DNA of 45,205 bases from Candidatus Altiarchaeota archaeon (GTDB taxonomy: Archaea > Altiarchaeota > Altiarchaeia > IMC4 > QMZM01): assembly GCA_016931955.1 (NCBI GenBank), contig JAFGDV010000036.1:1-45205 (forward strand), given 5' to 3'. Positions 1 to 8,478 of the stretch are shown here, piece by piece. Every line of letters begins with the position of its first letter. Position 1 is the stretch's first letter. The notes beneath the pieces are model-generated. The model was not told the DNA's origin. It made no database searches and saw nothing but the letters and a program-made list of their open reading frames with translations. A program made the position numbers and the translations under genes.

Positions 1-34
1 ACGGAGGTAGAAGCAAGGGTAAAAATATTTTACG

Positions 35-84
35 TCGCAATTCCTCCGTGGACTAAAGTCCACGGTATCCTTGCGAGTTTGTAA
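35..84 (+). mobile_element. IS200/IS605-family-like terminal hairpin (element end; body probably left of window)
   Basis: tcgcaa-ttcct-ccgtggac-taaa-gtccacgg-tatcc-ttgcga: perfect inner hairpin plus outer tcgcaa/ttgcga pairing, matching the 'attcctcc...taaag...gtatccttgc' pattern of IS200/IS605 ends. Frame +1 is open from base 1 to TAA at 82-84 (...AIPPWTKVHGILASL*). Confidence 0.55.
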
Positions 85-108
85 TGATCACGGAGAAATA
101 ATGCTGGC

Positions 109-342
109 TTAGCCTCTCTTCTCCAGGAAACGGATAAGCTCCTCCGTCTCCCTCAAATTGAAAAATTTTATATCCTGTTTAATAACGTATTTTTTTGCGA
201 CAACCACGACATCACCGTCTTCGTCAAGGAAAACATCCTCAAGCTCTTTCGGGATAAAACCGCAGCCAATAGCCTCACTTTCGCCGCTCTTCCTCTTCAA
301 GGCGGCGCTCTCACGAAGCCGCTCAATAAAATCCTTCTCCAT
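109..342 (-). CDS. small hypothetical protein (77 aa, MEKDFIERL...)
   Basis: ATG at 342 lies 35 bp downstream of the ftr stop; charged, protein-like composition; no motif recognised. Confidence 0.55.
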   Translation of the reverse strand: MEKDFIERLRESAALKRKSGESEAIGCGFIPKELEDVFLDEDGDVVVVAKKYVIKQDIKFFNLRETEELIRFLEKRG

Positions 343-376
343 TCTGATTCCAATTAGGAAACAATACTTAAAAAAA

Positions 377-1264
377 CTATTTACGCAGATAAATCTTATA
401 CGCCCCCAGTTTTCCGCCAAAGTTGCCGGCAGAGATCCTCACAAGACCACGGGTTTCCTTTGCAATTTCTATAGCCCGGTGAGTCGCCTTCCGGACAGCG
501 CTCAAGCTGACGCCGTTAAAGACGACCTCAGCTATGGATTCCACACCCCTTGGAACCCCAGAACCAGAGACCTTAGCAGCAATAGAAGGGCAAAGCTTCT
601 CCTGAGTTGAAGCCCTAAGGAAACTGTACCTGGAACCAATCTTCGAGCCGGCCGCGCAGACCCCCCCAGGAAAAGAGGTCACCACACCCCTCACGCCACC
701 TATCGCGAAAGCTGCGAGCTCAGCAGCCTCCAACGCAGCGTCTTCGCTTACGGCGAAAAACCAGAGATTGCCGCCCATGACCCCCTTAGAGTAACCGAAT
801 TCCCTCTCGATGAGGAAATCACCCATCATACGAGGAACAACAACCACTGAGCGACCAAAACGCTGCCCCTCCCTCTGAAAGCCGTCACCAAAGAAGCCGA
901 TTTTTTTGCCGACTGCAAGCTTGTTCTCCGCCTGAGTTAGGTTCCATACAGCGGTTGTGGGAGCAGTCAGAACACATTGACCAATTCGTTTAAGTAATTC
1001 CCCTTCAAGCTGTTTTATGGGATCCGCACAGCAGGAGGCAACCCAGAACTGTATGGCTGCGCCAATTCGGTCATCTGGAGAGTCTTCGGGCTCCACAAGA
1101 TAGTCTATTCCAGTTTCACAGCCGCAACCTATGCCACTGGTAGCGCAACCAATAGCAGAATTCACTGCAGAATCCAACCACTTCCTGCTCTTAGCAGTGA
1201 CCAAGACCTCAGAATAGAATCCTGGGAACGCCTCAGCATAGGTGTCATCTATTTCAGCCGGCAT
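377..1264 (-). CDS. ftr: formylmethanofuran:tetrahydromethanopterin formyltransferase
   Basis: N-terminal IDDTYAEAF, RIGQCVLTAPTT, FGDGFQ, GVMGGNLW, FPGGVCAAGSKIGSRY and C-terminal ISAGNFGGKLG are Ftr signatures; start moved to ATG at 1264. Confidence 0.95.
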   Translation of the reverse strand: MPAEIDDTYAEAFPGFYSEVLVTAKSRKWLDSAVNSAIGCATSGIGCGCETGIDYLVEPEDSPDDRIGAAIQFWVASCCADPIKQLEGELLKRIGQCVLTAPTTAVWNLTQAENKLAVGKKIGFFGDGFQREGQRFGRSVVVVPRMMGDFLIEREFGYSKGVMGGNLWFFAVSEDAALEAAELAAFAIGGVRGVVTSFPGGVCAAGSKIGSRYSFLRASTQEKLCPSIAAKVSGSGVPRGVESIAEVVFNGVSLSAVRKATHRAIEIAKETRGLVRISAGNFGGKLGAYKIYLRK

Positions 1265-1778
1265 TTTCAATGAACCCCAGTATTTTTGCGACAACACGAT
1301 CACGATTGTCTTCAGTTACTTCGAAGACTGTGAAACCCTGTTGCATGAATCTCTCAACGAAAACATCTAGGAGAGTGTTTCGGACTACGACAACGACGGT
1401 CGCCGCAGATTCCAAAGCCGATTTTGCAGCCTCCATCACGCCGCTCCCGGAGAGCTCAAGGGGGCCGATTTCGTCGATAAATACGATGTCACAGTTCTCA
1501 GCATCACGTATCACCCGCTTCGCGAAGTCTACGCCCTGCGGACTAATATGATACCTTCCGACCTTGATGCCTTTAGCGTAGTCGTCCAAGACAGCGAGCA
1601 TCTTCTTCTCCTTAGTTAAAACGTCGACTGCAATCTTCCCCATATCCCTATCCCCCGTCTTTGCTTTAGGACACAGGACGCCGCCGCATCTAAGACCCCT
1701 CCCCTCGAGTTCGGCTGCAAGCCTCTCGCATACCGTCGTTTTACCGCAACCAGGTCTTCCTGTGACTACTATATTCAT
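1254..1778 (-). CDS. nucleoside-triphosphatase, THEP1/NTPase_1 family
   Basis: IVVTGRPGCGKTT Walker A, KVGRY, IVFIDEIGPLEL Walker B typical of THEP1; start at ATG 1778. Confidence 0.9.
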   Translation of the reverse strand: MNIVVTGRPGCGKTTVCERLAAELEGRGLRCGGVLCPKAKTGDRDMGKIAVDVLTKEKKMLAVLDDYAKGIKVGRYHISPQGVDFAKRVIRDAENCDIVFIDEIGPLELSGSGVMEAAKSALESAATVVVVVRNTLLDVFVERFMQQGFTVFEVTEDNRDRVVAKILGFIENAG

Positions 1779-1780
1779 TC

Positions 1781-2410
1781 TTAGACAATGAAGGCAATAA
1801 ACCAACACAATAAAGTGATCGTTGAGGTTAAAGCATAATACAGGTCATCCCTAAGATGGGATAAGTCGAATGAAGAAAGCCTGAATGCTATGAAGACTAG
1901 GATGGAGGACAAAAACGCTGCATTAAAGCCCCTCACAAATATCAGAGGCAAAAGGGCTATCAGATCAGAGATGAAGAAGCCTGCGGAAGAGAGTAATGGA
2001 GTGAAGACTTCAGTCAGAACGTAGCCACCAGAGTAGGTGGCATAGCCCAGAAATGCCCCAGACAGAAGGCTGTGGGTTTCATGGAACCTTACCATGAGGG
2101 GAATTAAGAGCATGAGCTCAAAGATCAAGCCTTCCGCTATGATAGCTAACATAGCACACCAGACGCAGCCGCCAATGAATCCGAGGTTAAGCAGCTTGAA
2201 GAGAGAGGCAATGAATGCCATAGAAAACTGCATTCCACTTCTCTGGTAGATACGGCGCGTATAGACCATCAGAGACAAGGCAATAGAAGCCATGACGGCA
2301 CCGGCTGGGAGATGAAGCGTGTGAAGAAAAGCCCCAAAAGTACATTCAAGGAGACCCCACAGGGAGCCGAACATCAATATGGCTAAGATAGACTTTTTAT
2401 CCACCACCAT
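1781..2410 (-). CDS. polytopic membrane protein (about 6 TM), possibly an S-component-like substrate-binding/transport protein
   Basis: Very hydrophobic 209 aa with FGSLWGLLE motif; overlaps the upstream gene and abuts the NTPase gene. Confidence 0.75.
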   Translation of the reverse strand: MVVDKKSILAILMFGSLWGLLECTFGAFLHTLHLPAGAVMASIALSLMVYTRRIYQRSGMQFSMAFIASLFKLLNLGFIGGCVWCAMLAIIAEGLIFELMLLIPLMVRFHETHSLLSGAFLGYATYSGGYVLTEVFTPLLSSAGFFISDLIALLPLIFVRGFNAAFLSSILVFIAFRLSSFDLSHLRDDLYYALTSTITLLCWFIAFIV

Positions 2411-2771
2411 ACCTCACCTCAACAACATCCTTCACCCAGAAAGCCTTCGGCAGATGCGGGAAAACCGCAAGGCCATCATCAGTTAAAACGCCCTGCAGCA
2501 TATCCTCCCAGTTAAAGGTCTTCTGGTATCCATCAGACCCTACAAGGGTGAAAGAGAGATCCTCAGGGTTATCCACACCCGCTTGGATGACGATGCAGTC
2601 AAGGGGTATGCCTGAGTGCCCATCAGCTTCCACATGACCACATGCAGTAGAGAGCTCAGAGATGGACAGAACGCCCCCAGCCACCACGATTTCATCCGAT
2701 CCACTGGTTTCCTGGCTGACGCAGCCGACAAATAGGGACAGCAAGACAAACGCTGCAATTAGTTCTTTCAT
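2397..2771 (-). CDS. small lipoprotein with molybdopterin-oxidoreductase-like (Oxidored_molyb-type) fold
   Basis: Lipobox LFVGC after a hydrophobic signal; GIPL...AG...SDGY...WVKDVVEV pattern resembles that domain family. Fold call is tentative. Confidence 0.65.
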   Translation of the reverse strand: MKELIAAFVLLSLFVGCVSQETSGSDEIVVAGGVLSISELSTACGHVEADGHSGIPLDCIVIQAGVDNPEDLSFTLVGSDGYQKTFNWEDMLQGVLTDDGLAVFPHLPKAFWVKDVVEVRYGGG

Positions 2772-2806
2772 AACTAAGAATAGCATTTAGAGAAAAATAA
2801 ATTAGC

Positions 2807-3445
2807 TCAGCTCGAGTTCATGGCGGATTGGAGTTGACAATCCTGCAGTCCATCAACGCAGACCTCATAGTTCTCACAACGGTCTTCTATCGAAAGCCTC
2901 TCCCTCACCTTACACTTGGCCTCAAGCGTTCCAGGATCGGCACAGTAGGGGATGACTGTGACCTTTTGAACGTAGTTGAACAAATTGCCTGAAGCATCCA
3001 GATCCGACGCACATCTATAGCTCACAGAGGACTCCCCACACCCGCCGGTAACGCATTCACCGAGCAGGGTCGTGGTAGTAGTCGATGAAGTCGACGTGGA
3101 AGTGGTCGACGTGGAAGTGGTCGACGTGACTTTCACGCAAATACCTGCTGAGCATATCTTATCCATCCTCTTACAGCTCACAACCTCGGAGTCGACGAAG
3201 CCCACCTCATCGCAGAACAACTCAATAAGCTGATCAGAGTTCAGACAATAGTCCGCTTCAGTTAAAGACTCATTATCTTTGCTATACCCGGATACTGCGC
3301 CCTTCACCAAGTAGTCCCTGCCGGCGTCGGATTCATTGCATTCGAGAGTAGTGGATGTTGTCGTCGAAACATCTGAACCATTATCCTGCTGAACACACCC
3401 ACATAAAAACAATGTGATAAAAAATAAAACCAAGAGTCTTTGCAT
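2807..3445 (-). CDS. Cys-rich, Thr-linker surface lipoprotein
   Basis: Lipobox LCGC, two poly-Thr/Ser linkers, two Cys-rich modules (ESDAGRDY..KG; ELFC). Confidence 0.8.
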   Translation of the reverse strand: MQRLLVLFFITLFLCGCVQQDNGSDVSTTTSTTLECNESDAGRDYLVKGAVSGYSKDNESLTEADYCLNSDQLIELFCDEVGFVDSEVVSCKRMDKICSAGICVKVTSTTSTSTTSTSTSSTTTTTLLGECVTGGCGESSVSYRCASDLDASGNLFNYVQKVTVIPYCADPGTLEAKCKVRERLSIEDRCENYEVCVDGLQDCQLQSAMNSS

Positions 3446-3512
3446 AATAGATTATGAGATTCAGGGAATAAAAAAACCTGTTTTATATACTATAAAAAAC
3501 AATGAATTTTAC

Positions 3513-4832
3513 ATGGATTACAACAGGATAAGTTGGATTATCTTCATAACAGCAGTCCTCTTCCTACAAGGCTGCGTTGAGCTGCCATTTCAGGGAAACA
3601 GGGAGACAACGACGACACAACCAACGCCGGATGTGACGGCAACCACCCGGACCGAAACTACGACGATACCCGGAACAACTACGCTACCGGAGAAGACACC
3701 GCCAGCTGAGATGCCGCCTGTGCTATCCTATGCGTTGTTAAACTACGACTACTACCAGTATGATGACCCCACAATAAGATCCCACGCAGAATCCATAACA
3801 GAAGGCTGCATGGACGATGAATGCCGGCTTCTGAAGATCCACAAATACGTGATCGACAACATGTACTACGAAAAATACAAAAACAGATCACATGGTATGC
3901 CAGGGTTATTCAACAAAGGATATGGGATGTGCGGCGATTTCGCCGTATTCTACTACAACTACCTTAAATCAATCGGTTTGGAGACATACATAGCCATCAT
4001 ACCAGAGCACACCTACGCTGTCTCATGCAACCACAACCTGACAAGACTACAATCGTATATAGAAGACGACCCAGACTTCAAGGAATACACCAACGAATAC
4101 ATATTTCCGAATTTTGAATTCGAGGTAAACCCGGCATTCAAAAAAACATGTCTGCGCATAGAAGGACCAAGTTCCACGAAAGGAGCATACCGCTATCCTG
4201 GAGAACACTACGAGGATACGAAGATAACGACGGGCGAAAGCTTCTTCCTTGACCCGGAAACATGGGTGTGGGAGCCCTTCAGCGAATCAGAGATAACAAT
4301 AGAGAAACCAAGGGCGCACATAGAACGCCTCTTCAGGTTCTTGATGGATGAAGAAAGCGACATAGCTTGGAGGGTGAAAAAGATGAGCAAGAGGGTTGGC
4401 GGAGGACTGGACTACGAATTCGAAGCCTACGACATAACCACGACACTAAGCTACCAGTACGCTACCTTCACACTTCCAGAAATGGACCGATTCGACAGGG
4501 TAAGGATCCACATCACGATCCAGGCAGCCAATCCGATCCTATTCTACACGCTACAGGATAAAAACCAACTTGAAAACTTCAAATACTATGTGGAACACAG
4601 ATACATCCTGTACAAAGACGACCTATGGAGATACGATGAAAAACCAAAGACTGGATTACACGACTACGAATTTGACTACATAAGCTCCTGCGGCGCAGAA
4701 GAGGGCATAACCTCATTCGACAGGGAATGCATAATCACAGACGCGGGGAGAAGGATGTTCGCCATACACAATGAAGTATTCTTCGAGGAAAATGAGGTCA
4801 ACATAACAGTAAAATACCTTGAATTCCTATAG
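3513..4832 (+). CDS. transglutaminase-like domain lipoprotein
   Basis: ATG at 3513, lipobox LQGC, Thr/Pro linker, then KIHKYV..NMYY...GMCGDFA (catalytic Cys) and PEHTY (His). Confidence 0.8.
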   Translation: MDYNRISWIIFITAVLFLQGCVELPFQGNRETTTTQPTPDVTATTRTETTTIPGTTTLPEKTPPAEMPPVLSYALLNYDYYQYDDPTIRSHAESITEGCMDDECRLLKIHKYVIDNMYYEKYKNRSHGMPGLFNKGYGMCGDFAVFYYNYLKSIGLETYIAIIPEHTYAVSCNHNLTRLQSYIEDDPDFKEYTNEYIFPNFEFEVNPAFKKTCLRIEGPSSTKGAYRYPGEHYEDTKITTGESFFLDPETWVWEPFSESEITIEKPRAHIERLFRFLMDEESDIAWRVKKMSKRVGGGLDYEFEAYDITTTLSYQYATFTLPEMDRFDRVRIHITIQAANPILFYTLQDKNQLENFKYYVEHRYILYKDDLWRYDEKPKTGLHDYEFDYISSCGAEEGITSFDRECIITDAGRRMFAIHNEVFFEENEVNITVKYLEFL

Positions 4833-5630
4833 ACCCAATTCAACTATTGCGGGCATGATCCGCTTATGTTCGCTGCCCTTCACTTGAGAGGATATGCGCT
4901 CAACAAGGTTTATGTCTACTTCAAGCTCCTCTGCCGCCCTCTCAACGGAATAGTTCCTGTCAACTATAAGGTCCAATATACCATCAAGAACCTCATAGCT
5001 GGCCCCAAGCTCCTCCTCATCCGTCTGACCAACCCAGAGACCTGCAGAAGGCCTCTTTACAATAATCCCCTTAGGTATGCCAAGGTGGAGGGCAAGCTGC
5101 CTTACCTGCGTCTTATACAATGCCCCGATCGGCTCAAGATCACAGCCCGAGTCGCCGAACTTCGTCATATAGCCAAGGAGTAGCTCAGTCCTATTGCTTG
5201 TGCCGAGAACAACCCTACCATCGAGGTTCGCTGCAAGATAGCTTAAAAGCATCCTGACCCTGGGCTTGACGTTCGCAAGAGAAAGTTTTTTGTTTTTTTC
5301 GGAAAACTCAACCCAGGGAAAGACCTTCTTCACCGAATCCACGACATCGTTGATCTCCATCAACGAATACCTGACTTGGAGGGACTCCGCCAGCTCCTCG
5401 GCGTCTTTGATGTCTATCGGATCACTGACGCCCATCTCGGGCATGACCAACGCACGAACATCAACCACAGAGGAAGCAAGCTTCAAGACAACAGCAGAGT
5501 CAATGCCTCCACTCAAGGCAACAACGACGCCCTTAGTACTGGTTTTCTCTACGAACGACCTAACAGCTGCTTCTATCGTCTCCCTGCAATACACCAATTG
5601 CCCCTCAGTCAAAGGTTTCATCTCATTCAC
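4827..5630 (-). CDS. nadE: NH3-dependent NAD+ synthetase
   Basis: LSGGIDSAV PP-loop, NVKPRVRM, GTSNRTELLLGY.TKFGD, PSAGLW.GQTDEEELG. Confidence 0.97.
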   Translation of the reverse strand: MNEMKPLTEGQLVYCRETIEAAVRSFVEKTSTKGVVVALSGGIDSAVVLKLASSVVDVRALVMPEMGVSDPIDIKDAEELAESLQVRYSLMEINDVVDSVKKVFPWVEFSEKNKKLSLANVKPRVRMLLSYLAANLDGRVVLGTSNRTELLLGYMTKFGDSGCDLEPIGALYKTQVRQLALHLGIPKGIIVKRPSAGLWVGQTDEEELGASYEVLDGILDLIVDRNYSVERAAEELEVDINLVERISSQVKGSEHKRIMPAIVELGL

Positions 5631-6042
5631 CCATCACCTGGAGGACGACCTCCCTCTTCCTCGGGGAGGTGTCTAGGTTCATCACGATGATCTGTTGCCA
5701 CGTTCCCAGAGATAGTTTACCGTCGATGAAGGGTACGACAAGGGAGGTGCCGATGATAGTAGAACAAACATGACCCCTGCCGTTGTCGTCGTGCCACGTC
5801 TTATGATGCTCGTAGTCTATGTTGGACGGAGCGATCCTCTCCAAAGCACGAGGAATATCCTTCTTCAAGCCAGGCTCATACTCTATAGTTGAGACTGCGC
5901 CAGTGGAGCCGACGGAGAAGACCGTGACTATGCCGTTGGAGAGGCCTGAAGCGGACAAAAAACCCTGAACCTCCCGGGAGATGTCGGCCATGTCGCCGTC
6001 CGCCAAGAGGTCGACGTGTATGGTCTTCGTCTTGATCGTCAT
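5623..6042 (-). CDS. yjbQ: YjbQ/UPF0047 family protein
   Basis: GSTGA, EYEPGL, YEHH..WHDDNGRGH, LGTWQQI motifs. Confidence 0.93.
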   Translation of the reverse strand: MTIKTKTIHVDLLADGDMADISREVQGFLSASGLSNGIVTVFSVGSTGAVSTIEYEPGLKKDIPRALERIAPSNIDYEHHKTWHDDNGRGHVCSTIIGTSLVVPFIDGKLSLGTWQQIIVMNLDTSPRKREVVLQVMGE

Positions 6043-6911
6043 CTTAGTATCCTCGCATGCCTGTTGTTTGTTTTGGCTTCTATGACGCTTCCATCAAAGG
6101 AATCCCAGGCAGCTCTTACAGCGTTAGTATCATCCCTGGACAATGCGGCTACTGCAGGACCCTTACCGCAGAGACCAGCTGCAAGAGCACCCGCATCAAG
6201 AGCCGCCAACGCGACACTTGGATCCTGACCCAGGGAAGCAGCATATAATACCCCATTAAGGGTTAATGCGGTAAATAGGTTACCATTCAACGCCTCATTC
6301 CAGGCAAGCTCCACCCCATCCCTCAACAGCTTGGTCTTACCAACATCAACCTCGCTTGTATAGATTTTTTCTTCGGGGATAAATAGGATGACTGAGAGAG
6401 ACTCCATCTCACCTGATCTGAGGATTCTTCTCTCTATGTTATCTGTAACGACGAAGCCGCCGAAAAAAGAGGCCGCAGCATCATCAAAGGCTCCGGTTAT
6501 CGTCACCCTAGCCTTAACAGCAGCATCAACGCCCAGGTTTATCATATCCAAGTCGGAGGGTTTATCCAGCCCAGGATTCTCCTTCAGGACCGCGTCAACC
6601 ACTGCTAAGACAACGGCGTTGGCTGCCGCACTGCTGCTCTTCAAACCCCTTGCAATAGGTATGTTGCTTTCGGTTTCAACCCAGGCACCATAGTCGACCC
6701 CAAAATGGTCGAAGACCCCCCTAACGCATAGCTTTATAAGGGTTGTATCCTCCCTGGAGGCGTTCCTGATCTTGGCCTTAATGGAACCTGAATTATTCAA
6801 TTCAACAAACGCCTTCGTCTCCAAGTCAATACCGAACGCAGCACCCTTGCCGGTTGCGATCGCATTGACTATGGTCGCAGCACCATAGCTTACCGCCTTG
6901 GATTCAGTCAT
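6039..6911 (-). CDS. aroK: archaeal shikimate kinase (GHMP family)
   Basis: GAATIVNAIATGKGAAFG, IPIARGLKSSSA, TITGAFDDA. Confidence 0.96.
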   Translation of the reverse strand: MTESKAVSYGAATIVNAIATGKGAAFGIDLETKAFVELNNSGSIKAKIRNASREDTTLIKLCVRGVFDHFGVDYGAWVETESNIPIARGLKSSSAAANAVVLAVVDAVLKENPGLDKPSDLDMINLGVDAAVKARVTITGAFDDAAASFFGGFVVTDNIERRILRSGEMESLSVILFIPEEKIYTSEVDVGKTKLLRDGVELAWNEALNGNLFTALTLNGVLYAASLGQDPSVALAALDAGALAAGLCGKGPAVAALSRDDTNAVRAAWDSFDGSVIEAKTNNRHARILR

Positions 6912-8446
6912 TTCTCCCCAATACCCCCAATCTCCCCCTTCTTCCTACCACCCACAAGCTCCTTCTTTACCTCAACCATCTCATGCTCTATCACAGCAAC
7001 ATCGCGCCCGAAGCCCTCAAGGAGATAACCGACTAAAGCCAGGACAGGGAATATCTCCAACCTGCCAGCGATCATCTGAAATATGAGGACTAACTTGACG
7101 ACTAAAGGCTGTAAGCTGACATCGACGGTGGAAAAACCAACGTTGCTTTGAGCCGAAACCGACAGGAAAAACGCATCAAATAATCTCATGTTACCCTCCT
7201 CGCCCATGCCCCACAACATAAGCGAAAAAGTGCCTACAAAGATTAATAACACATATATGAAGAAAAACAAGGCAATGTTCCTCAACTCCTCATCAGAGAA
7301 GACACTCTTCCCGACCTTGAAAGGGAAAACGGCGGATTCTGGAAGGGACAGCTTCTTTATGAACCAGCGGACTGCTTCGAAGAGAACGCCAACCCTGATG
7401 ACCTTTAAACCGCCGGCTGTGGAACCCGCACCCCCGCCAATCAGCATCAAGACGATGACGAGGAAAAGCTCAGGAGCATGCAAATCATCTAGGATATCCT
7501 GCCCAGGACCCCCAGTAGTTATTGAAGAGATAACAAGTGTTATGTTCCTGTGCAGTGAACTCAATAAATCAATGCCAGAAGTTAAAGAGATAAGAGTAAA
7601 GGACAGTATGGCAAGGAAGATCAACCAGCAACCGAAGCGTATCTCCAAGTGACTGAAGAACCTCTTCAGATCCCCCGACAAGAGTATGTAGTCCAGGGTG
7701 AATGGGACAGCTGCCAGAATGAGAAACAAAAGGATCACGATCTCGGAAAACAAACTTATATGGATTCCTTCAACAAGGAAGATGAATCCGCCGGTGGAGA
7801 GGATGCTCATCATGGTAGACAATGCTTCCAGCAGACCCATGTCCAATAGGATCAGGATAGCCGTCCCAGAGAATGTATAGAAGAGGTATATGCGGAGGAT
7901 TATCTTTGCTGTATGGTCGATGCTCGGCACAATCTTTTCGCCGCCTTCCACCCTGTAGAGGAACACGGTCGAGATGCCACCCCTCGCTAGAAGCGACAGA
8001 AACAGGATGACTACGCCAAGACCGCCTGTCCACTCCATCAGGGCCCTGGAGAAGATAAGGCTGCGGCTATAGAATGGAGAATCATTGTTCAGCAGATATG
8101 TGGGAAACACGGTCAGACCGGAAGTGGTATACCCAGATACGCTCTCAAAGTAGCCGTTGACCAGTGCCTCAAACGGCTCATCGAAAACAAAGAAGAAAGG
8201 TATGGCTCCTATGAATGGGATAACCAACAGGCTTAATGCGACCAAGAGCATGGCATGCCTGAAGTCAATATCCATCCTCGGACGCCTGAGACAGAGCGCG
8301 CCTAGAAACCAGAAGACAAGGCTCCTCATGAGAAGCAGAAGTATCGGTTCATTGTAGTACAGCGCCACAGGTATGGGCAACAGAGATAACGCCCCGCTGA
8401 AGAAAAGAAACACTCCAAGGTACCAGGAGATGTCCTTTAGGTCCAT
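6908..8446 (-). CDS. trkH: Trk-type K+ uptake membrane subunit
   Basis: Four pore loops (FESVSGYTTSG, STGGF, TTGG, SNVGFS), GGGAGSTAGGLKV.R and GRLEI motifs. Confidence 0.93.
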   Translation of the reverse strand: MDLKDISWYLGVFLFFSGALSLLPIPVALYYNEPILLLLMRSLVFWFLGALCLRRPRMDIDFRHAMLLVALSLLVIPFIGAIPFFFVFDEPFEALVNGYFESVSGYTTSGLTVFPTYLLNNDSPFYSRSLIFSRALMEWTGGLGVVILFLSLLARGGISTVFLYRVEGGEKIVPSIDHTAKIILRIYLFYTFSGTAILILLDMGLLEALSTMMSILSTGGFIFLVEGIHISLFSEIVILLFLILAAVPFTLDYILLSGDLKRFFSHLEIRFGCWLIFLAILSFTLISLTSGIDLLSSLHRNITLVISSITTGGPGQDILDDLHAPELFLVIVLMLIGGGAGSTAGGLKVIRVGVLFEAVRWFIKKLSLPESAVFPFKVGKSVFSDEELRNIALFFFIYVLLIFVGTFSLMLWGMGEEGNMRLFDAFFLSVSAQSNVGFSTVDVSLQPLVVKLVLIFQMIAGRLEIFPVLALVGYLLEGFGRDVAVIEHEMVEVKKELVGGRKKGEIGGIGEK

Positions 8447-8478
8447 CCTTAAAGATAAGGGAGTGGTGTTTAATAATC

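Noticed and set aside
158-610. 150-aa plus-strand ORF, and similar antisense ORFs (e.g. 20365-20952, 25753-26484, 35045-35614, 38627-38941)
   Set aside because: They lie antisense to well-supported genes, have Ser-rich or low-complexity translations and no motifs.
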